Assembly (NCBI GenBank): GCA_965113315.1
Contig: OZ220363.1
DNA length: 64,000 bases
Origin: Podarcis vaucheri
Taxonomy: Eukaryota
Reading direction: 5' to 3' (one strand)
This document shows positions 23,285 to 35,500 of the stretch, piece after piece. Both the position numbers and the translations under genes were made by a program. The notes under the pieces were generated by a model. The model saw only the letters and a program-made list of their open reading frames with translations, had not been told where the DNA came from and searched no databases. Numbering within the stretch: position 1 is the first letter of the stretch; each line of letters begins with the position of its first letter.

Positions 23285-26200
23285 TATCCACAGGACATGC
23301 CAGAATGTTCATATCCTAGAATTGTAGAGTTAGAAGGGGAAATATTTCAAAGTTCTAGAAGCCCTTCCCAGATGCACAGTGATGCAGTGAATTAAAGACA
23401 GTGCATATGTGATATATTTCAGCAATCTAGTGGCAGGAGGAGAACAGGTCCTGTCACACAATTACGTATTATTACTGAATCAATAAAGTAAGGAGAAATT
23501 CTTGCTCAAGATAGTTGGACACAGCGTTAGTGGAATCAGAGGGAGTGCCTTCACTGACACCTGGCAGTTGCTTCTCGTTTATGGATTCTGCATACCTATC
23601 TGGGGAAAAGTTTTCTTTTCTGTGAAAGTATCCTCCTGGTATGTGAGCCCAGTTGCCTATTCTGCCAGTTTAGCACAGGCTGAATTAAAGTTGATCTAAT
23701 CCATAGCTTGATCTGCATCACTGTCTGTTTTTGGAGAGTGTGAGTGGTAAATTTTTATTACTCAGAAGGAAGGTAAATCCATCCTTCTCATGATAGCTGG
23801 GTTGGAATTGGAAGTTCTGGACTCACAACCTTGGTGAAGTCTCATCACTTCTCTGTACCTTCGTTTCCTCATAATAAATAGCTCCATGGTTGTAAGACCC
23901 AACTAATGAACACATTTTACACACAATCAGACTTGCATAACTTTTATGTTCTAGTGGGCTGCACTAGATGTTCCTCCAATCTGTTTTTTATGCTGCTGAG
24001 CTAAGAGCCTCTGCATCTCATTCATGAAATATGCAGCTTGAGGATTGCTCTAACTTACATAACTGTATCTGTAGCCTCATTGTTGAAGCAGCCAAGAATA
24101 GCCAAATCAGGAACACCATCAGTATCTTTTCTGCACTGCTGGGTATTGCAAAAGATAAAATCAACAGGCAGCATTCCTATAGGATGCAAGTTCTGTGTTA
24201 AGAGCCATAGTCATTCATTCTCTAGGTATTGTATTATTCATGAAATCTCCCAAACTATCAGAAGGCAGTAGTAAAAATTGATCCAAACAAAGAGGACTTT
24301 CCTGCTGATTTAGCATGGTGTGCACACATGCACATGAACACATTCTACTTATAACAGGTTTGACAAAGGTTGCTAGACTCTTAAGCACATTAGCTTTATA
24401 AATAAAGCACTAGGACAGTGAGCTCATTGTCATTCCAGTTGATGTCTGTTGCACATTTTTACATAATGTTCTGAGCTTTCGGTAATGATGTAATTCTGAT
24501 TAGCCATCGGCCTTCAAGCCTAGAGTGTTTTGCTAAATATCCATCCACCAAACATGTACACACATCACATGAATGTATTGCTTCCTCCAGAAATTCACCT
24601 CCTATTTCACTTCAGTGGTGTGTGTTTTTTGGAGAATTTATGGTAAATAGGTTTGTTTTCAGTTGTGTCCCTCCACTCACCGAAGATTCTTTAATCCAAT
24701 ATAGGATTCCCTTAATGGAATGGGGGCAGGCATTGTTTGCTGATTTCCCCCCATCTCTCTGCAGTTCCTAGACCTTCCCTGGTCTGCTCCAAAGGATTGT
24801 GGAGGCTGATGGGGCAGGTGGCCCCAGAAGATAATGAAAACTGCTTCTCTTCCATTCATGGAAACCTCTGCTAGTGCAGAGTACTGCCCATTAATGGAGA
24901 GAAACAACTGAGTACAACCTTCTGATCTTGTTAGCTTCTGAATATCTTTAACTGCCATAATCAGTTATTCAGATTAAGATGCTCATTAGGTTTCAGCTCC
25001 ACTTCAACAAGTGCTCTAGGGCTAGGATGTGGGATCTGTGGCCTTCCAGATGTTGCTCTACTCAAACTTTCATTAGTCTTGGCTAGCACAGCCAGAGGTC
25101 GGGGGATTTTGTAAATTTGTTCAGCAGTATTTGGAGAGCTATATGCTCCCCATCCCTGTTCTAGGGAAACCTCATTGTGTTTGTCCTTCATGCAATCACA
25201 AAATACAAGAAAAAAGTAGGCCGTTTGAGTTTGGGTAGTCATAACGCTTCAAGAGATACATGAAAGTTTAACTCTGTTGAGTGGACAATATGAAACTGGC
25301 TGTATTATTATAGATTGAACTACCTTAGAACCCAACAATGCTCAAGTCACAGGGGATCCAACCCCCTTCTATTTTGTGAACTCATCTTAGCTACTACTAC
25401 TACAACACTGTAGAAAGCTACAGAGAGTGGTATGACTGACTTAAAAGCTGGGTGGGGGGTTGAGGGATAAAATGTGAGGTTTTCATTAAGTCCCCCCCCT
25501 TCCCCCCATAATTTGAACATTGGAATCCAGCACTCATTTGATATGTAGAACTTGCAAAATCAAAGCATCTTTACATGCCAAAGTCAGGATAGCACAGTAA
25601 ATTTAGGAATTAATAGAGAGAGGTTTCCATCAAAGTGTGAAGGCTTGGTTTTCAGTGTCAAAGTTTAAGCCTCAGCTAATGTTTGTGGGTAATATCCTCC
25701 CACCCGCCAGTGGTTGGTATTCTGGCATCATTTAATATGTATTCTTAATAAAGATGGGCACATTAGCATGCTATGTAAGGCAGTAGAAAACATCTGGCAT
25801 AATTCAAATCCTACCACTGCTCAGTTTGATATGGAAGATTGAATTACATATTTTAAGGAGGCTGTGACACTTTTATTTCTTTCAAATTTTATCCCTATAT
25901 TCTGAATTTGAAGAAAGCTTTAGAGATTGGGATTTGGATGTAGCAATTTTCCAGAGCAGCCCTCAGTTGATTGAAATTCATGTATTAAGCCATTTTCTGT
26001 TACCTTATTTCTGTTCTTTTTAGCTCTTCTTCTCTTTCTGCATTTCTGTACAGTAATCTACAAATAAAAATAGTAACTATGAGATGGTAACTGCAGAAGG
26101 AAAGAGAGAAAAGGAAACTAAATGGCTTTGCTAAGAATTTTGCATCCTAAAGTGAAGAGATAAGGAAGGGAAAGTAATGCAAAGAGTCATGCAAAACTGA

Positions 26201-29200
26201 AATGTCCTTGCTATTAAAACTAGTACTGGGGCCTTTGTTGCCATTTTACAGCTGGGGATGGTGTTTTGTGTTAGTCTGGTTTGGTCAAGGTTTTCCATCT
26301 CTTCTATCGAAAGGCCAAGTTTACGTAAAATAAATCAGAAAAAGTATACCTATTACTGGATATTGCAGTGATGCACCAAGGTTAAAGTTATATTAGGCTT
26401 AAAGTGGCGCATTAACTTAATTTTGCAACCAGTGCCTTCTACTTCCAAAATATGGAAAAGATGATGGCACATGAAACACATTTCTTAGGAAAGACTGTAG
26501 CTACCTTAAGAGGTAGCACCCAGGTGAAATTATGCTTATGCTCATGCTAAGCATGCCCAAGGCTATATTCCATAGCCTTTTGCAAACAATAATTTTATTG
26601 CACAATAAATATGTAGATCTTACTCATATTTGCAGAGAATCCAGGCAGCCTTTCTCCTCAGTGCTGTTCCCCAGATATCACATTTTGCCAACGTGTAGGT
26701 CACAGCTCTTTTGCCAATAGAAAGCATTAATTTTATGTTTTATCTTTGGCCCCCACCTGCTTAACCCATCCCCTTGCTTTCTTGTTTTGATTTGGCGTGC
26801 TGCGTGGAATGAGGCTGTACAGATGTCACAGGCACCTAGAAATGGCCATGACTTCACTGCTCACAATTTTCTGCCCCTATAGCTGTGCAGATTTTGCTTA
26901 TTTGCTTAGAGGCTTATCAATCCAGTGTGGTCATATAGCCATTGAAAATAAAGACATACAGTAGCAGCAGCAACCACCACAGCAAATCTCTCTTATCCAT
27001 CATGGTTAATGATATCAGCTTTTATTCCTTGTATATGTGTTAGTTTCACTCCTCTCCAGCATTGGAATATTCATATTCACTATTTGATTTATGCACTCTA
27101 TACCCAAACAAATTAAGCACCTCAGTATTGTGAGCTCCTAGTGTTGGATCGGGCTACTAGTGTTGGATTTAAATTATTAGTTGCTTACTACAAAAGTCTC
27201 TAATGGAGCAATCCTAACTATAGAAAGCTAGCATAAGTAATGCTGGCATGTTACAGTGGCAAAAGTTACCCTTATTCCAAACTCAGTTCAGAAGGAATAG
27301 GACACTCTTTGCCAGCTACATTGGCTGGGCTGCTGGGTCACTTGACTGAGCCAGAAGGTGTTTGAAAGAGGTGTAAGTCTCTCCTTGCTCTGCCACATCT
27401 CCAGAATGCCCCCTTCTGGGGGGAATTTGTGCTAGTATAAATGATACCGTCTTAAGATCCACCGGCTGAGCACCCATTAAGATCTGCCATATCCAAATTC
27501 TTTCATCCCAGTGGATCCTAGTTTCAATTACACTGCAAGTGACTTACAATCTTTTGGTTTTTAACTTTTTTGTAACAAAAAACAGAAGCTAAAGCATTCT
27601 GCACTACCAGGGCCACCTGTCCCTCAAGTGACAGCAGTGGATACAGATCATGGACCTTTCAGAATGAGTCTCACCCTGCCAAGAGCAGATTGCATGCCAT
27701 TCACCTGGTCAGAAGATCCACCTGCTAATCCATCTTGGCTGGATTAAGACTCATGTCATTGGTCCTCATCCAGTCCATTATCATGACAGGGCACCAATCA
27801 GCAGATCCACTGCCTACCTGCAGAAGATGACATAAGAGCTGTGTGTCATCGGCATGGTGATGACAGCACACTCTCAGACGCTGTCTAATCCCACCCAGCA
27901 TTAAGTGAAACGTGGGTGACAAGTTCTGCACCTCCTGGAGAACCGAACCTATTGCGGCACTTTAAAAATGTTTTCCATACAGTGGATCACTGGGACTTTC
28001 ACCCCACATTTAATTTCACTTACTTGGAAATAAGATGGGTGTGATCCTTAACTATATAAATAAGTGATCTGTGCTTTATAGTTTGAAATTGTACTAGGGT
28101 AGACATGGTGGCATTTGAAGAAGCTGTGGCCCTTGACGTTCCTTGTGGTTCTTTTCTGTCTGAAGAAAGTGGATCTAATCGTCAGGCACCCTTTGGTAGC
28201 TTTCTTTCTGTGTTTCATGAAAAGGATATTATTTGGGGAATTTCATTCACTTAGGACTTTACTTTGAACTGGAATTTAGTTTTCAAAGTTTGTAAGTTCC
28301 CTTTCCCCCCTCTAATTTTATAGGGTGATATCCATGAAGATTTTTGCAGTGTTTGCAGGAAAAGTGGGCAGTTGCTGATGTGTGACACGTGCTCACGTGT
28401 GTATCACTTGGACTGTCTGGACCCACCTCTGAAAACTATTCCCAAGGGCATGTGGATCTGTCCCAAATGTCAAGACCAGGTATTGTTTGACACAAAAGGG
28501 GAAGCCTCTCGCAATGGTTCTCTGCTTTTGGACAAAATGGGTGGGGCACATGGCTTAGACTTTGAGAGGGTGACAATATCTGACCTGAACTGAAATGGCC
28601 TCACAAATTCAAAGCCATCAAACGTTTGCTTTTCTGTTCCACGTCTCAGGATACTAAACAGCCATTTATTTGCCATGGCAAAGCTCGAAGACTTACGAGG
28701 AAGATTCCCTTTGATCCACTTGCATCTTTATCTATTTCTGCTTCCACAAAATAATGTTAGCTTCATTCTACAATACATGTGTTGGAAAGTCCAGTATTTT
28801 AAGGTCTAGGACAAAGCTACGTGCTGGAAAAGCAATGTTTGCATGATAATGCAGGGACACAGGGTATTTTACAGGTGCGAGTTAGCAGGCATGAGATAGA
28901 TGCTAAATCTTTCCCCATAGCTGGCTCTGAGAGCAAAAATAAGCCCAGCTGGGGAGGAACGTTTTGTGATGAATAACCACATGATTAAACACCCGTCTCC
29001 CACCCACCAATTCTCTTCTGGAAATGCCCCGCTACTCCTGCATTGCTGTTAACCAACAAACACATTTGTGGGAAATGCATGTTTGCCAAAGTAACATGTA
29101 GTTTTCTCCACGGAGACTGCTCTTTGCTATCAGAGTGTTTTTCCTTTAGCTAATTAGATCAGCAGTTTGTGAATCATGAAGTCACAATCCTCTCTACTGG

Positions 29201-31209
29201 CAAGTTTTAAGATCAGATATGTTGTCTCTTCATTCCTGTTCAGCTTGTTAAAATTTCATCAGCAGAAAATGTTTGTAGATGCAAGGGAATGTACAAAATT
29301 GCTGACATGGTGATTAAACAAGCTTCCCTTGTGGGAGGTTTAGCACAGATGTGTGAGTATTTCATGCTATTAAATCTTGAGGGTCTTCCCAAACTATTGT
29401 GGAGGTTTTTGTGTGTGCAGTAAATGCAGTGTTTACTTGCTTGAGGTGCGTGTTGAGTTGTGGATCAGGCATCTTTTTTTGGATAATGCTTCTGTTGAAG
29501 AATTTCCCCAGTACTCAAACCTCAGTATTCTTTTGCTTGGAATTTCCTTCCCCTCTCCCCCCTCCCCATTTCAGCATACTATTGTGAGTGCTGTGTATAA
29601 GCTGGTTTTGAATATCACAGGCACATATGTTTTAGTGATTGGTAACACAATTCCCCTTCTTCCTACCAGTGCCTCACTATTTTGTTATCCATTTAGGGAT
29701 TTTTATTTTTTTTAATTAATTCTTTAGGGGCTGAATGCTTGCCTGCTGAAACAACCAAGCATAGAAATGATCATGTAATTGCCTTCATTTCTCTTTCCCA
29801 TTGGCCTCCCACATCCATCCCATGTCAACAAAGCATCAGGCTTCTTGTCCCGGACCAGAACTAGCAGCAACCCAAGAGGTAGAACAAAGGGGGATGTTAA
29901 GTTGTTTTATTGCCTGGGAAGGGCCTAAGAAGAGAATGGCATTGATTTTAATAGTTGCTGTGTAAGATACCCTTGAGTGTGTGTCATCTTTCCTAGAGGT
30001 AGAACATGTCAGCCAAGTGTTCCTTCTCCTTTCTTTCAGATGCTAAAGAAAGAAGAAGCAATCCCGTGGCCAGGAACTTTAGCTATTGTTCATTCATATA
30101 TTGCCTACAAAGCAGGTAAGAAAATGGTGCAGGACTTGGCTTGGTTTTCTTTTCTTTGGAAAATGTTACTTTGAGGAAGGGAGTAGGATGTTTGTTTTCA
30201 GAAGGAAATTAAGAGCTGACTGCATGATAACCCCAGTAATGAAATGGATATGACAGCTTCATCCGATTCTCTTTATGTCTGCACCTGCAGCTTCAGGTAT
30301 GGTCCAGTACTGGCTTTCCATTGTGCAAAAGCAGCTGAGAGATCCCATCTGCAGGGCATAATTGATACAATTGATGTACTCTCTTCCACAGCAAAAGAAG
30401 AGGAAAAACAGAAATTACTGAAATGGAGTTCAGATTTAAAACAGGAAAGGGAGCAGCTAGAACAGAAAGTCAAACAGCTCAGCAATTCTATAACAGTAAG
30501 TATTGCTGTGCTAAATGATGGTTTGTTTATCCTCTGTGTTCCGCTAGAAGCTACAGCCGTGAATCTTAGAAAATGACTGTTTACTGTGACCAATCACAGT
30601 ATCAGTTCTGAGCCGTGCTTCACCACAGCTTTGTCATGGTGGTGTTTTTTAAAAGTCTCAGAGGCTTCTTATGTTTGTTAGAGCTTCTTTTTCTCTGCTA
30701 AGTCATAGTTGTAATCTATATGCTGTAGTCGTGGCTGTGAAATAGCATTTGCTTTCTTTGAACTCTTTGGTTTGCTATGTGGGCCGTATTTGGTATGGGA
30801 GCCATGTTGTATCCACCAGGTACTCTGACAAAGAATCTGTTTTTGCAGTCTCTTGTGGATCTTGGAATCCCTTTGCTTTAACTTTCATTCTCGTTTGGGC
30901 CTTTTTTTATGAGCGCACTCATTAATGCAATGTCGTTCCAATCTGCTTCAGAAATGTATGGAAATGAAGAACACCATCCTGGCAAAACAGAAGGAAATGC
31001 ACAGTTCATTGGAGAAGGTAAAACAGTTAATTCGCCTCATCCAGGGCATCAACCTTTCAAAACCCATAAACTCTGAGGGCAGTTCCGTCGCCATCTCCAA
31101 TGGCATGGACTCCACCAATAACGCAAAGGCTCCCGCCGCCTCCACCCCAGCCTCTTCCCCCTCCCAGAGCTGCATGGTGAACTGTACCAAGGGCGACGAG
31201 ACTAAATAA
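3385..31209 (+). CDS. PHF21A: PHD finger protein 21A (BHC80), 5'-partial spliced CDS: join(3385-3558,7541-7795,9030-9116,11083-11382,14174-14272,17596-17647,18978-19057,19630-19690,22619-22782,28324-28479,30040-30115,30392-30495,30952-31209)
   Basis: Joined exons give a continuous 621-aa frame matching PHF21A ([11 protein letters not shown]..., AT-hook RKRGRPPK, PHD finger, C-terminal coiled coil, ...GDETK*); all junctions GT-AG and phase-compatible. Confidence 0.97.
5205..5385 (+). mobile_element. SINE fragment with internal duplication
   Basis: ctgtggcat(t/c)tccaagttagg occurs twice; gggaaagactcctgcctgaaa...tggtctgact...taaggcag resembles a squamate SINE body. Confidence 0.5.
7541..7795 (+). 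CDS. PHF21A: PHF21A coding exon ([12 protein letters not shown]...KNTVTL)
   Basis: poly-T tract cttag| acceptor, TTG|gtaagc donor, 255 nt. Confidence 0.95.
9030..9116 (+). CDS. PHF21A: PHF21A coding exon ([11 protein letters not shown]...PNFLPQ); alternative NAGNAG start at 9027
   Basis: tagcag| acceptor, CAG|gtgagt donor, 87/90 nt. Confidence 0.93.
10310..10440. repeat. Old ~140-bp palindromic MITE family copy
   Basis: ggaccacaattccc...gtagttcaaaacctctggagg; related copies at 25020, 47005, 50200, 55185. Confidence 0.5.
11083..11382 (+). CDS. PHF21A: PHF21A coding exon ([10 protein letters not shown]...PNVEKQ)
   Basis: gtag| acceptor, CAG|gtacag donor, 300 nt. Confidence 0.95.
12959..13083. 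mobile_element. hAT-type MITE, 125 bp
   Basis: 17-bp TIRs CAGTGGCGTAGCGTGGG/CCCACGCTACGCCACTG; 8-bp TSD AGTTTTCT (12951-12958, 13084-13091). Confidence 0.9.
13143..13169. repeat. (CA)n microsatellite
   Basis: Direct reading. Confidence 0.95.
14174..14272 (+). CDS. PHF21A: PHF21A coding exon (TIKPQVET...REENPQ)
   Basis: tttcag| acceptor, CAG|gtacta donor, 99 nt. Confidence 0.93.
15123..15174. repeat. 24-bp tandem duplication ACATAGTAGCTATATTGTACTGGT x2
   Basis: Direct reading. Confidence 0.9.
15235..15602 (+). mobile_element. 5'-truncated L2-clade LINE 3' end with (TTA)n tail
   Basis: Open frame 15235-15471 ...[15 protein letters not shown]...[14 protein letters not shown], typical ORF2 C-terminus, then 3' UTR and (TTA)n. 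Confidence 0.8.
15855..15990 (+). mobile_element. Decayed Penelope-like 3' terminus related to the 494-700 element
   Basis: CTGATGA-A-ATGGACT(tt)AGTCCAC-agaagct followed by degenerate matches to the arm and tail of the 494-700 element. Confidence 0.55.
17596..17647 (+). CDS. PHF21A: PHF21A coding exon ([17 protein letters not shown])
   Basis: tacag| acceptor, AAG|gtaaga donor, 52 nt. Confidence 0.94.
18978..19057 (+). CDS. PHF21A: PHF21A coding exon ([27 protein letters not shown])
   Basis: ccccaag| acceptor, GAG|gtaaca donor, 80 nt. Confidence 0.94.
19522..19562. repeat. (TG)20 microsatellite
   Basis: Direct reading. Confidence 0.95.
19630..19690 (+). CDS. PHF21A: PHF21A coding exon ([20 protein letters not shown])
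   Basis: gtaaag| acceptor, GAG|gtaggt donor, 61 nt. Confidence 0.94.
22544..22566 (+). CDS. PHF21A: PHF21A 23-nt alternative (neuronal-type) microexon, ANEEHWPK
   Basis: TACTAAC branch point, T-tract, catgctag| acceptor, AAG|gtatgt donor; same phases (1 to 0) as the AT-hook exon; peptide matches the known PHF21A neuronal isoform as I recall it. Confidence 0.92.
22619..22782 (+). CDS. PHF21A: PHF21A canonical exon completing the AT-hook ([13 protein letters not shown]...PSPSSTD)
   Basis: gtgtag| acceptor, GAC|gtaagt donor, 164 nt. Confidence 0.95.
22952..22983. repeat. (GT)n(AT)n microsatellite, left flank of the palindromic element
   Basis: Direct reading. Confidence 0.9.
22982..23240. mobile_element. 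Palindromic non-autonomous Penelope-like element (second family) inserted in (TA)n
   Basis: 113-bp arms 22982-23094/23100-23212 with one mismatch, 5-nt loop, 28-nt tail 23213-23240, (TA)n both sides. Confidence 0.8.
23121..23158 (+). ncRNA. Minimal hammerhead ribozyme motif (mirror copy on - strand in the left arm)
   Basis: GC-CTGAAGA-T-GACGAG(tgagac)CTCGTC-GAAA-C-GTC^GC; stem I only 2 bp. Confidence 0.65.
23241..23280. repeat. (AT)20 microsatellite, right flank of the palindromic element
   Basis: Direct reading. Confidence 0.95.
25020..25165. repeat. Old ~140-bp palindromic MITE family copy
   Basis: tgtggccttccagatgttg...cagtatttggagagc. Confidence 0.5.
27610..27940 (-). mobile_element. 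Degenerate L2-like reverse transcriptase fragment
   Basis: HHADDTQL (YADD motif) and [14 protein letters not shown] resemble LINE RT domains. Confidence 0.7.
28324..28479 (+). CDS. PHF21A: PHF21A PHD-finger exon ([11 protein letters not shown]...CPKCQDQ), H3K4me0 reader
   Basis: C4HC3 pattern; ttatag| acceptor, CAG|gtattg donor, 156 nt. Confidence 0.97.
30040..30115 (+). CDS. PHF21A: PHF21A coding exon ([25 protein letters not shown])
   Basis: tttcag| acceptor, CAG|gtaaga donor, 76 nt. Confidence 0.95.
30392..30495 (+). CDS. PHF21A: PHF21A coding exon ([12 protein letters not shown]...LSNSIT), coiled coil
   Basis: ccacag| acceptor, ACA|gtaagt donor, 104 nt. Confidence 0.95.
30952..31209 (+). 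CDS. PHF21A: PHF21A last coding exon ([10 protein letters not shown]...GDETK*)
   Basis: cttcag| acceptor, TAA at 31207-31209. Confidence 0.95.
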   Translation, partial: KCMEMKNTILAKQKEMHSSLEKVKQLIRLIQGINLSKPINSEGSSVAISNGMDSTNNAKAPAASTPASSPSQSCMVNCTKGDETK

Positions 31210-31411
31210 CATAGCACAGGAAGAAGGAGCCGGGGGAGATGGCGGCGAGGCAGAAGAGCAAAACAATAAAACTCTAGAAAAGAAAAGCTGGATTTCTTCT
31301 GGAAAGCGCAGAACTCTTTGGTTCCAGAAAGAGCGCGAAGAGGCTTGTGCCAGGCGGCACCAGAGTTGCCAATCGATCCTCCTTATTCTGTGTGTACGTG
31401 CAAAGTTTGGA

Positions 31412-31587
31412 NNNNNNNNNNNNNNNNNNNNNNNNNNNNNNNNNNNNNNNNNNNNNNNNNNNNNNNNNNNNNNNNNNNNNNNNNNNNNNNNNNNNNNNNN
31501 NNNNNNNNNNNNNNNNNNNNNNNNNNNNNNNNNNNNNNNNNNNNNNNNNNNNNNNNNNNNNNNNNNNNNNNNNNNNNNNNNNNNNNN
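31412..31587. other. Assembly gap (176 N)
   Basis: Run of N. Confidence 1.
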
Positions 31588-32425
31588 GGGAGGAGGAGCA
31601 GGTTTCAAATCTTATCTGCAGACCAGTTTGTTTAGCTAAGGAAACTTCAAGTCCAAAGAGCCTGTGGGCTTTTCCTGTTTCTGAATTCTCCGTACTACTA
31701 AACCAAAAATCCAGAAATATGAATTAACAAGTCCTAGGGTCCAGAGGGGTGGGGTGGTGGGAGTGGGGACCAAGCCTATCCAATAAGCAGTATTCACTAT
31801 TGTTTTGACAGGAGAAACAAAAAGGAATGGGGAAGGGTTTTTCACTAAGTATCTAGTGCACACTCAGGCTGGGGATTACTAGATTGGCAGCTTTGGGTTT
31901 ATCCATTTTTTTCCCCAAATAATGAAATAAATTTTTTCCCCAAAGTGAAATAAATTGCTGGTTTGGGCATCACATTGGCCCAGGAAGCTTTTGCTGAGGA
32001 AGAGGAGAAGGGAGGGGGACTAATATAATCAGCCTGGGGTTTCAGAAAAGCGGGTCACGACTGAAATGAAAATTCCAACTTTTTTTTTTTTGTACACTTG
32101 TCAAGCAAAAGTGATATTCCAAACAGTACAGCACATGTCCCAAACATATGGCCCAAATAGTAAAAAAAACAAAAAAAAAATAAAATGCCTGTTTCCTTTG
32201 TTTCCTTTCTCTTTTGGTTACAAATGTAAGGAATAGAAAAGCTGTTTTTTTCAGGCTGACAGTCCGATTAAAGAGGTAGATGGGACCTTGCATGGTATAG
32301 ATTAGAAGTAATAGTGTCAGTGAGATACAGTGAGTCTTTGTGAGTCCGTGTGTCATCGTTTTGGGCACTGTTTTTTATGCAAGGGCAAAATCTTTGTATC
32401 TGGGGGAAAAACAACTTTTTTAAAT

Positions 32426-32577
32426 NNNNNNNNNNNNNNNNNNNNNNNNNNNNNNNNNNNNNNNNNNNNNNNNNNNNNNNNNNNNNNNNNNNNNNNNNNN
32501 NNNNNNNNNNNNNNNNNNNNNNNNNNNNNNNNNNNNNNNNNNNNNNNNNNNNNNNNNNNNNNNNNNNNNNNNNNNNN
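32426..32577. other. Assembly gap (152 N)
   Basis: Run of N. Confidence 1.
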
Positions 32578-35500
32578 TTAGAATTTTTTAACACAGGTTT
32601 TGCTTATGATGTTGCCATTCTGCTGTGTTTCTGTTTGAAAAATGCCTTGGGGGTGAGTGTCGAGAGATTGTCATGCCATTCAAATAGCCTGTGGGGTTGA
32701 ACTGCATCCAATCTGCAAACCTTCCTCCAACTGGTGGAATCTCTCCTCTGTTAAGCTCTCCTAATTAACTCTTGTGCTTAAAAGCACAAGAGAGCATTGG
32801 CAGCATTTAAAAATCTTTGTCGTTATAGCACCTAGATTATAGGGAGAACGTGGAGACAAAGGATTTTAGCGTTGGGATCTGGCTCTGCTTAGCACAGCTT
32901 GTCTGTCTTCTGAAGCAAATTGTCGCAGTAATTTCATGCTATTAAAATGCTGGTGCTGGACATGAGATGAGCGAGTCTGAAATAGCCACCTTTGCATAGA
33001 CAAGTGCAAATGGCCTATATTTCATACCCTTTCACTTCCATGGCAGCACTCATGTTGGCGTAAGTCATGGCAGTCAGCCCAGGTCCATGTTAGAAAGTCT
33101 CTCCTCTGTCAGACAGCCAGTGATGGTGCTGCCGTGCTTTCACTATTCTGTGTTAAAGAACTATGCATCCTAATGCACTTTATTTACATAATCATCTGAA
33201 TTTTGTTCCTGCCACTCATTGTTTGTGGCGGTTTCTTTACTTCTAGCCTCCAGTCTTGTCCCTCAAGGACTCCTCAGTGACACTCAGTTATGCTCACGGT
33301 CCAGCAGCTGATCTTTTATCATTATACATATCAGTGAAGAGTAAGGATAATTCGTGTCAAATAGCCTTAGCTTTACGTTTGAAAAAGATCAGGCCTTACC
33401 ATTTGACTTTTGATACTCCATAGTGAAGTTGGCAGCTTTCTAAGTACCTGGTGTTATTAGCAAGTAAAGTCAGAAGGCAGCCAATCAGGAAAATTGCTCA
33501 GAGGAAATAACACTTTTTATAGCAATACACAGAACAAAATATCATTGGGGGCATGTTTGAGAGGCCTTTTCATCTTGTGACCTACCAATACAAATGTAGC
33601 CCACCAGATCCCTGATAATCCTAGTTTTGCCTGCCTTTGAGTGCAGCAAACGAGCAACCGTGTGTGTTGGGTGGTTTGCATTTGGCTTGATGGGTCACGC
33701 AATTTGCAAACCTACATTTAGATATTCTGAGTGTAATGGGTGAAAAATAGACAAGTCCTCATATTTCAGGCCAGAAGCTGGATTTCCAGCAGCAAGGAAC
33801 AGGAGGAAGCCAATTACCCTCTTCTGGTTGATAAATTGGTGTTGGCTGTTGACAGAGGCAGGCGAATGGGATTTCTGATTTCAGCTGTTCCCATGTGCAT
33901 GTGGCCCTTCCTTCCCCTCACCAGACACACTTGCCATCCTTGTATTCTTTTCCCTTAAAGCCATAGGTTCATTCAGAATGGCCACACATGCATGAATTTG
34001 GGCAGTGGCCATCATGCCCTCTTAGCCTATGATGTAAGGTGCAGGGAGTGCAGAACTATTTGCTTTATCTTAAACATGGAACAGGTGCCAAAAATAGTGA
34101 TCTTGTGTTGAATTCTCTGCCTCCTTTGTGTTTCAGGCCATGAAAATTTGTACCACACAGAGAGGGAAGACTAGAGCTCAGTGCAAGGCTGTTGTTGGGG
34201 GAAGGGAAAGAGAGTCGTGTGTTGATCTGTGCTGAGGAAGGGGCATTTGTCTGCTACCTTCCACTTTTAAGCAATTTAAAAACTGTGCCTCAGCAAAGTA
34301 GTATTAATAACATGCTATCTTTATGCCCCCACAATGGGGCTGACAGTTAGTCCCTGGTACTTTCTGAAGGGAAAACAATTTATTATACAAAGGTCTCCCA
34401 TGTGTTGAAACCCTGCTTTGGATTTAGCCATGGGATTTTTTTTTTGGGGGGGGGGGGTTACTTTACATTTGGCCTCTCTTGACTAGTGACATCTGTGGTA
34501 TAACTTTGCTTAGCCTGCAGCACTGGAGTGATCAGCTAGTTCAAGGTACTCTTGTGAATCTTTAATTTTGTCATTCGTCTGATTTTGTGTGTACTTCTCT
34601 CCTTGCCCCTTCACCCCCGCCTCGCTGGCATCTCCTGTCCGGGAAATGCCACCAGCTAAGTTTAAGAGGGATTTGGCTTCTGGAAATATAGCCAAAGGAG
34701 AAAATAAAGTTTGGGCATGTTTTGTTTGGCTGTGCAGAAAGATCCTTGCTTGGGTAGCAGATGTGTCAGATTTCCTTTTGCCTTGAGAAAACGTAGGGGA
34801 ACCACAGTATCTTTGTTCATCAGGGTATCAAGTTTGTCACCCTGATTTTCTTAGAATTCAGAAACATAATTAGTACTATGAGAGGACAGTGTTCTGCACC
34901 TGAAGGCTGGATCCTGGCTAGTTGCTTGCATGCAAATGACATTGCCTCTTTACATCCTACTCCTAAACATTCTGCAGGAGTTGCCTGCTGCTGCCTTGGC
35001 TCATTTGTGGTACGCTGTGTGAACGTCAGGGTGTACACTCACGTGCTGGTGCAGCAAAGTCCAGAGAGTACCCATCCATATTTGAGGATGCAGCCGGGAG
35101 TTTTTATTTGCTTATTTGCAATTGAAAATGGAAAGAATGGCTTGTGTGGTCAGACTCCATTAGTAGTTGTAAGGTGGAACCTATTTGAACTTGTGACTTT
35201 TCTGACGCTAAAGAAGTCTTGTACCAGATTTACATCTTTCTTTTTTTTTACTGAAGAGGCACTGTCACAAGAATAACTACAGCTTCCTAGTTGTTGGGAA
35301 ATTGCAGCAAGCATAGCCCATGCATTTGTGATTGGAAAATACAAATTAGAAGATGATAGTCGGTACTTGTGCAAAAACAACATTTCTCTCATTCGGGCCA
35401 ACAATTCTGTGTACTATCTTTACTGCTTTTATTTCACTTCTTTCAAACCATTTTAAGTCTGACCATTATTTATATAACCTTTTAAATTCCCCTAAAATGT

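Noticed and set aside
22922-23395. ORFs with identical peptides on both strands ([10 protein letters not shown]...)
   Set aside because: Artefact of the palindrome, not coding
31057-32700. ORFs containing X runs
   Set aside because: Created by assembly gaps
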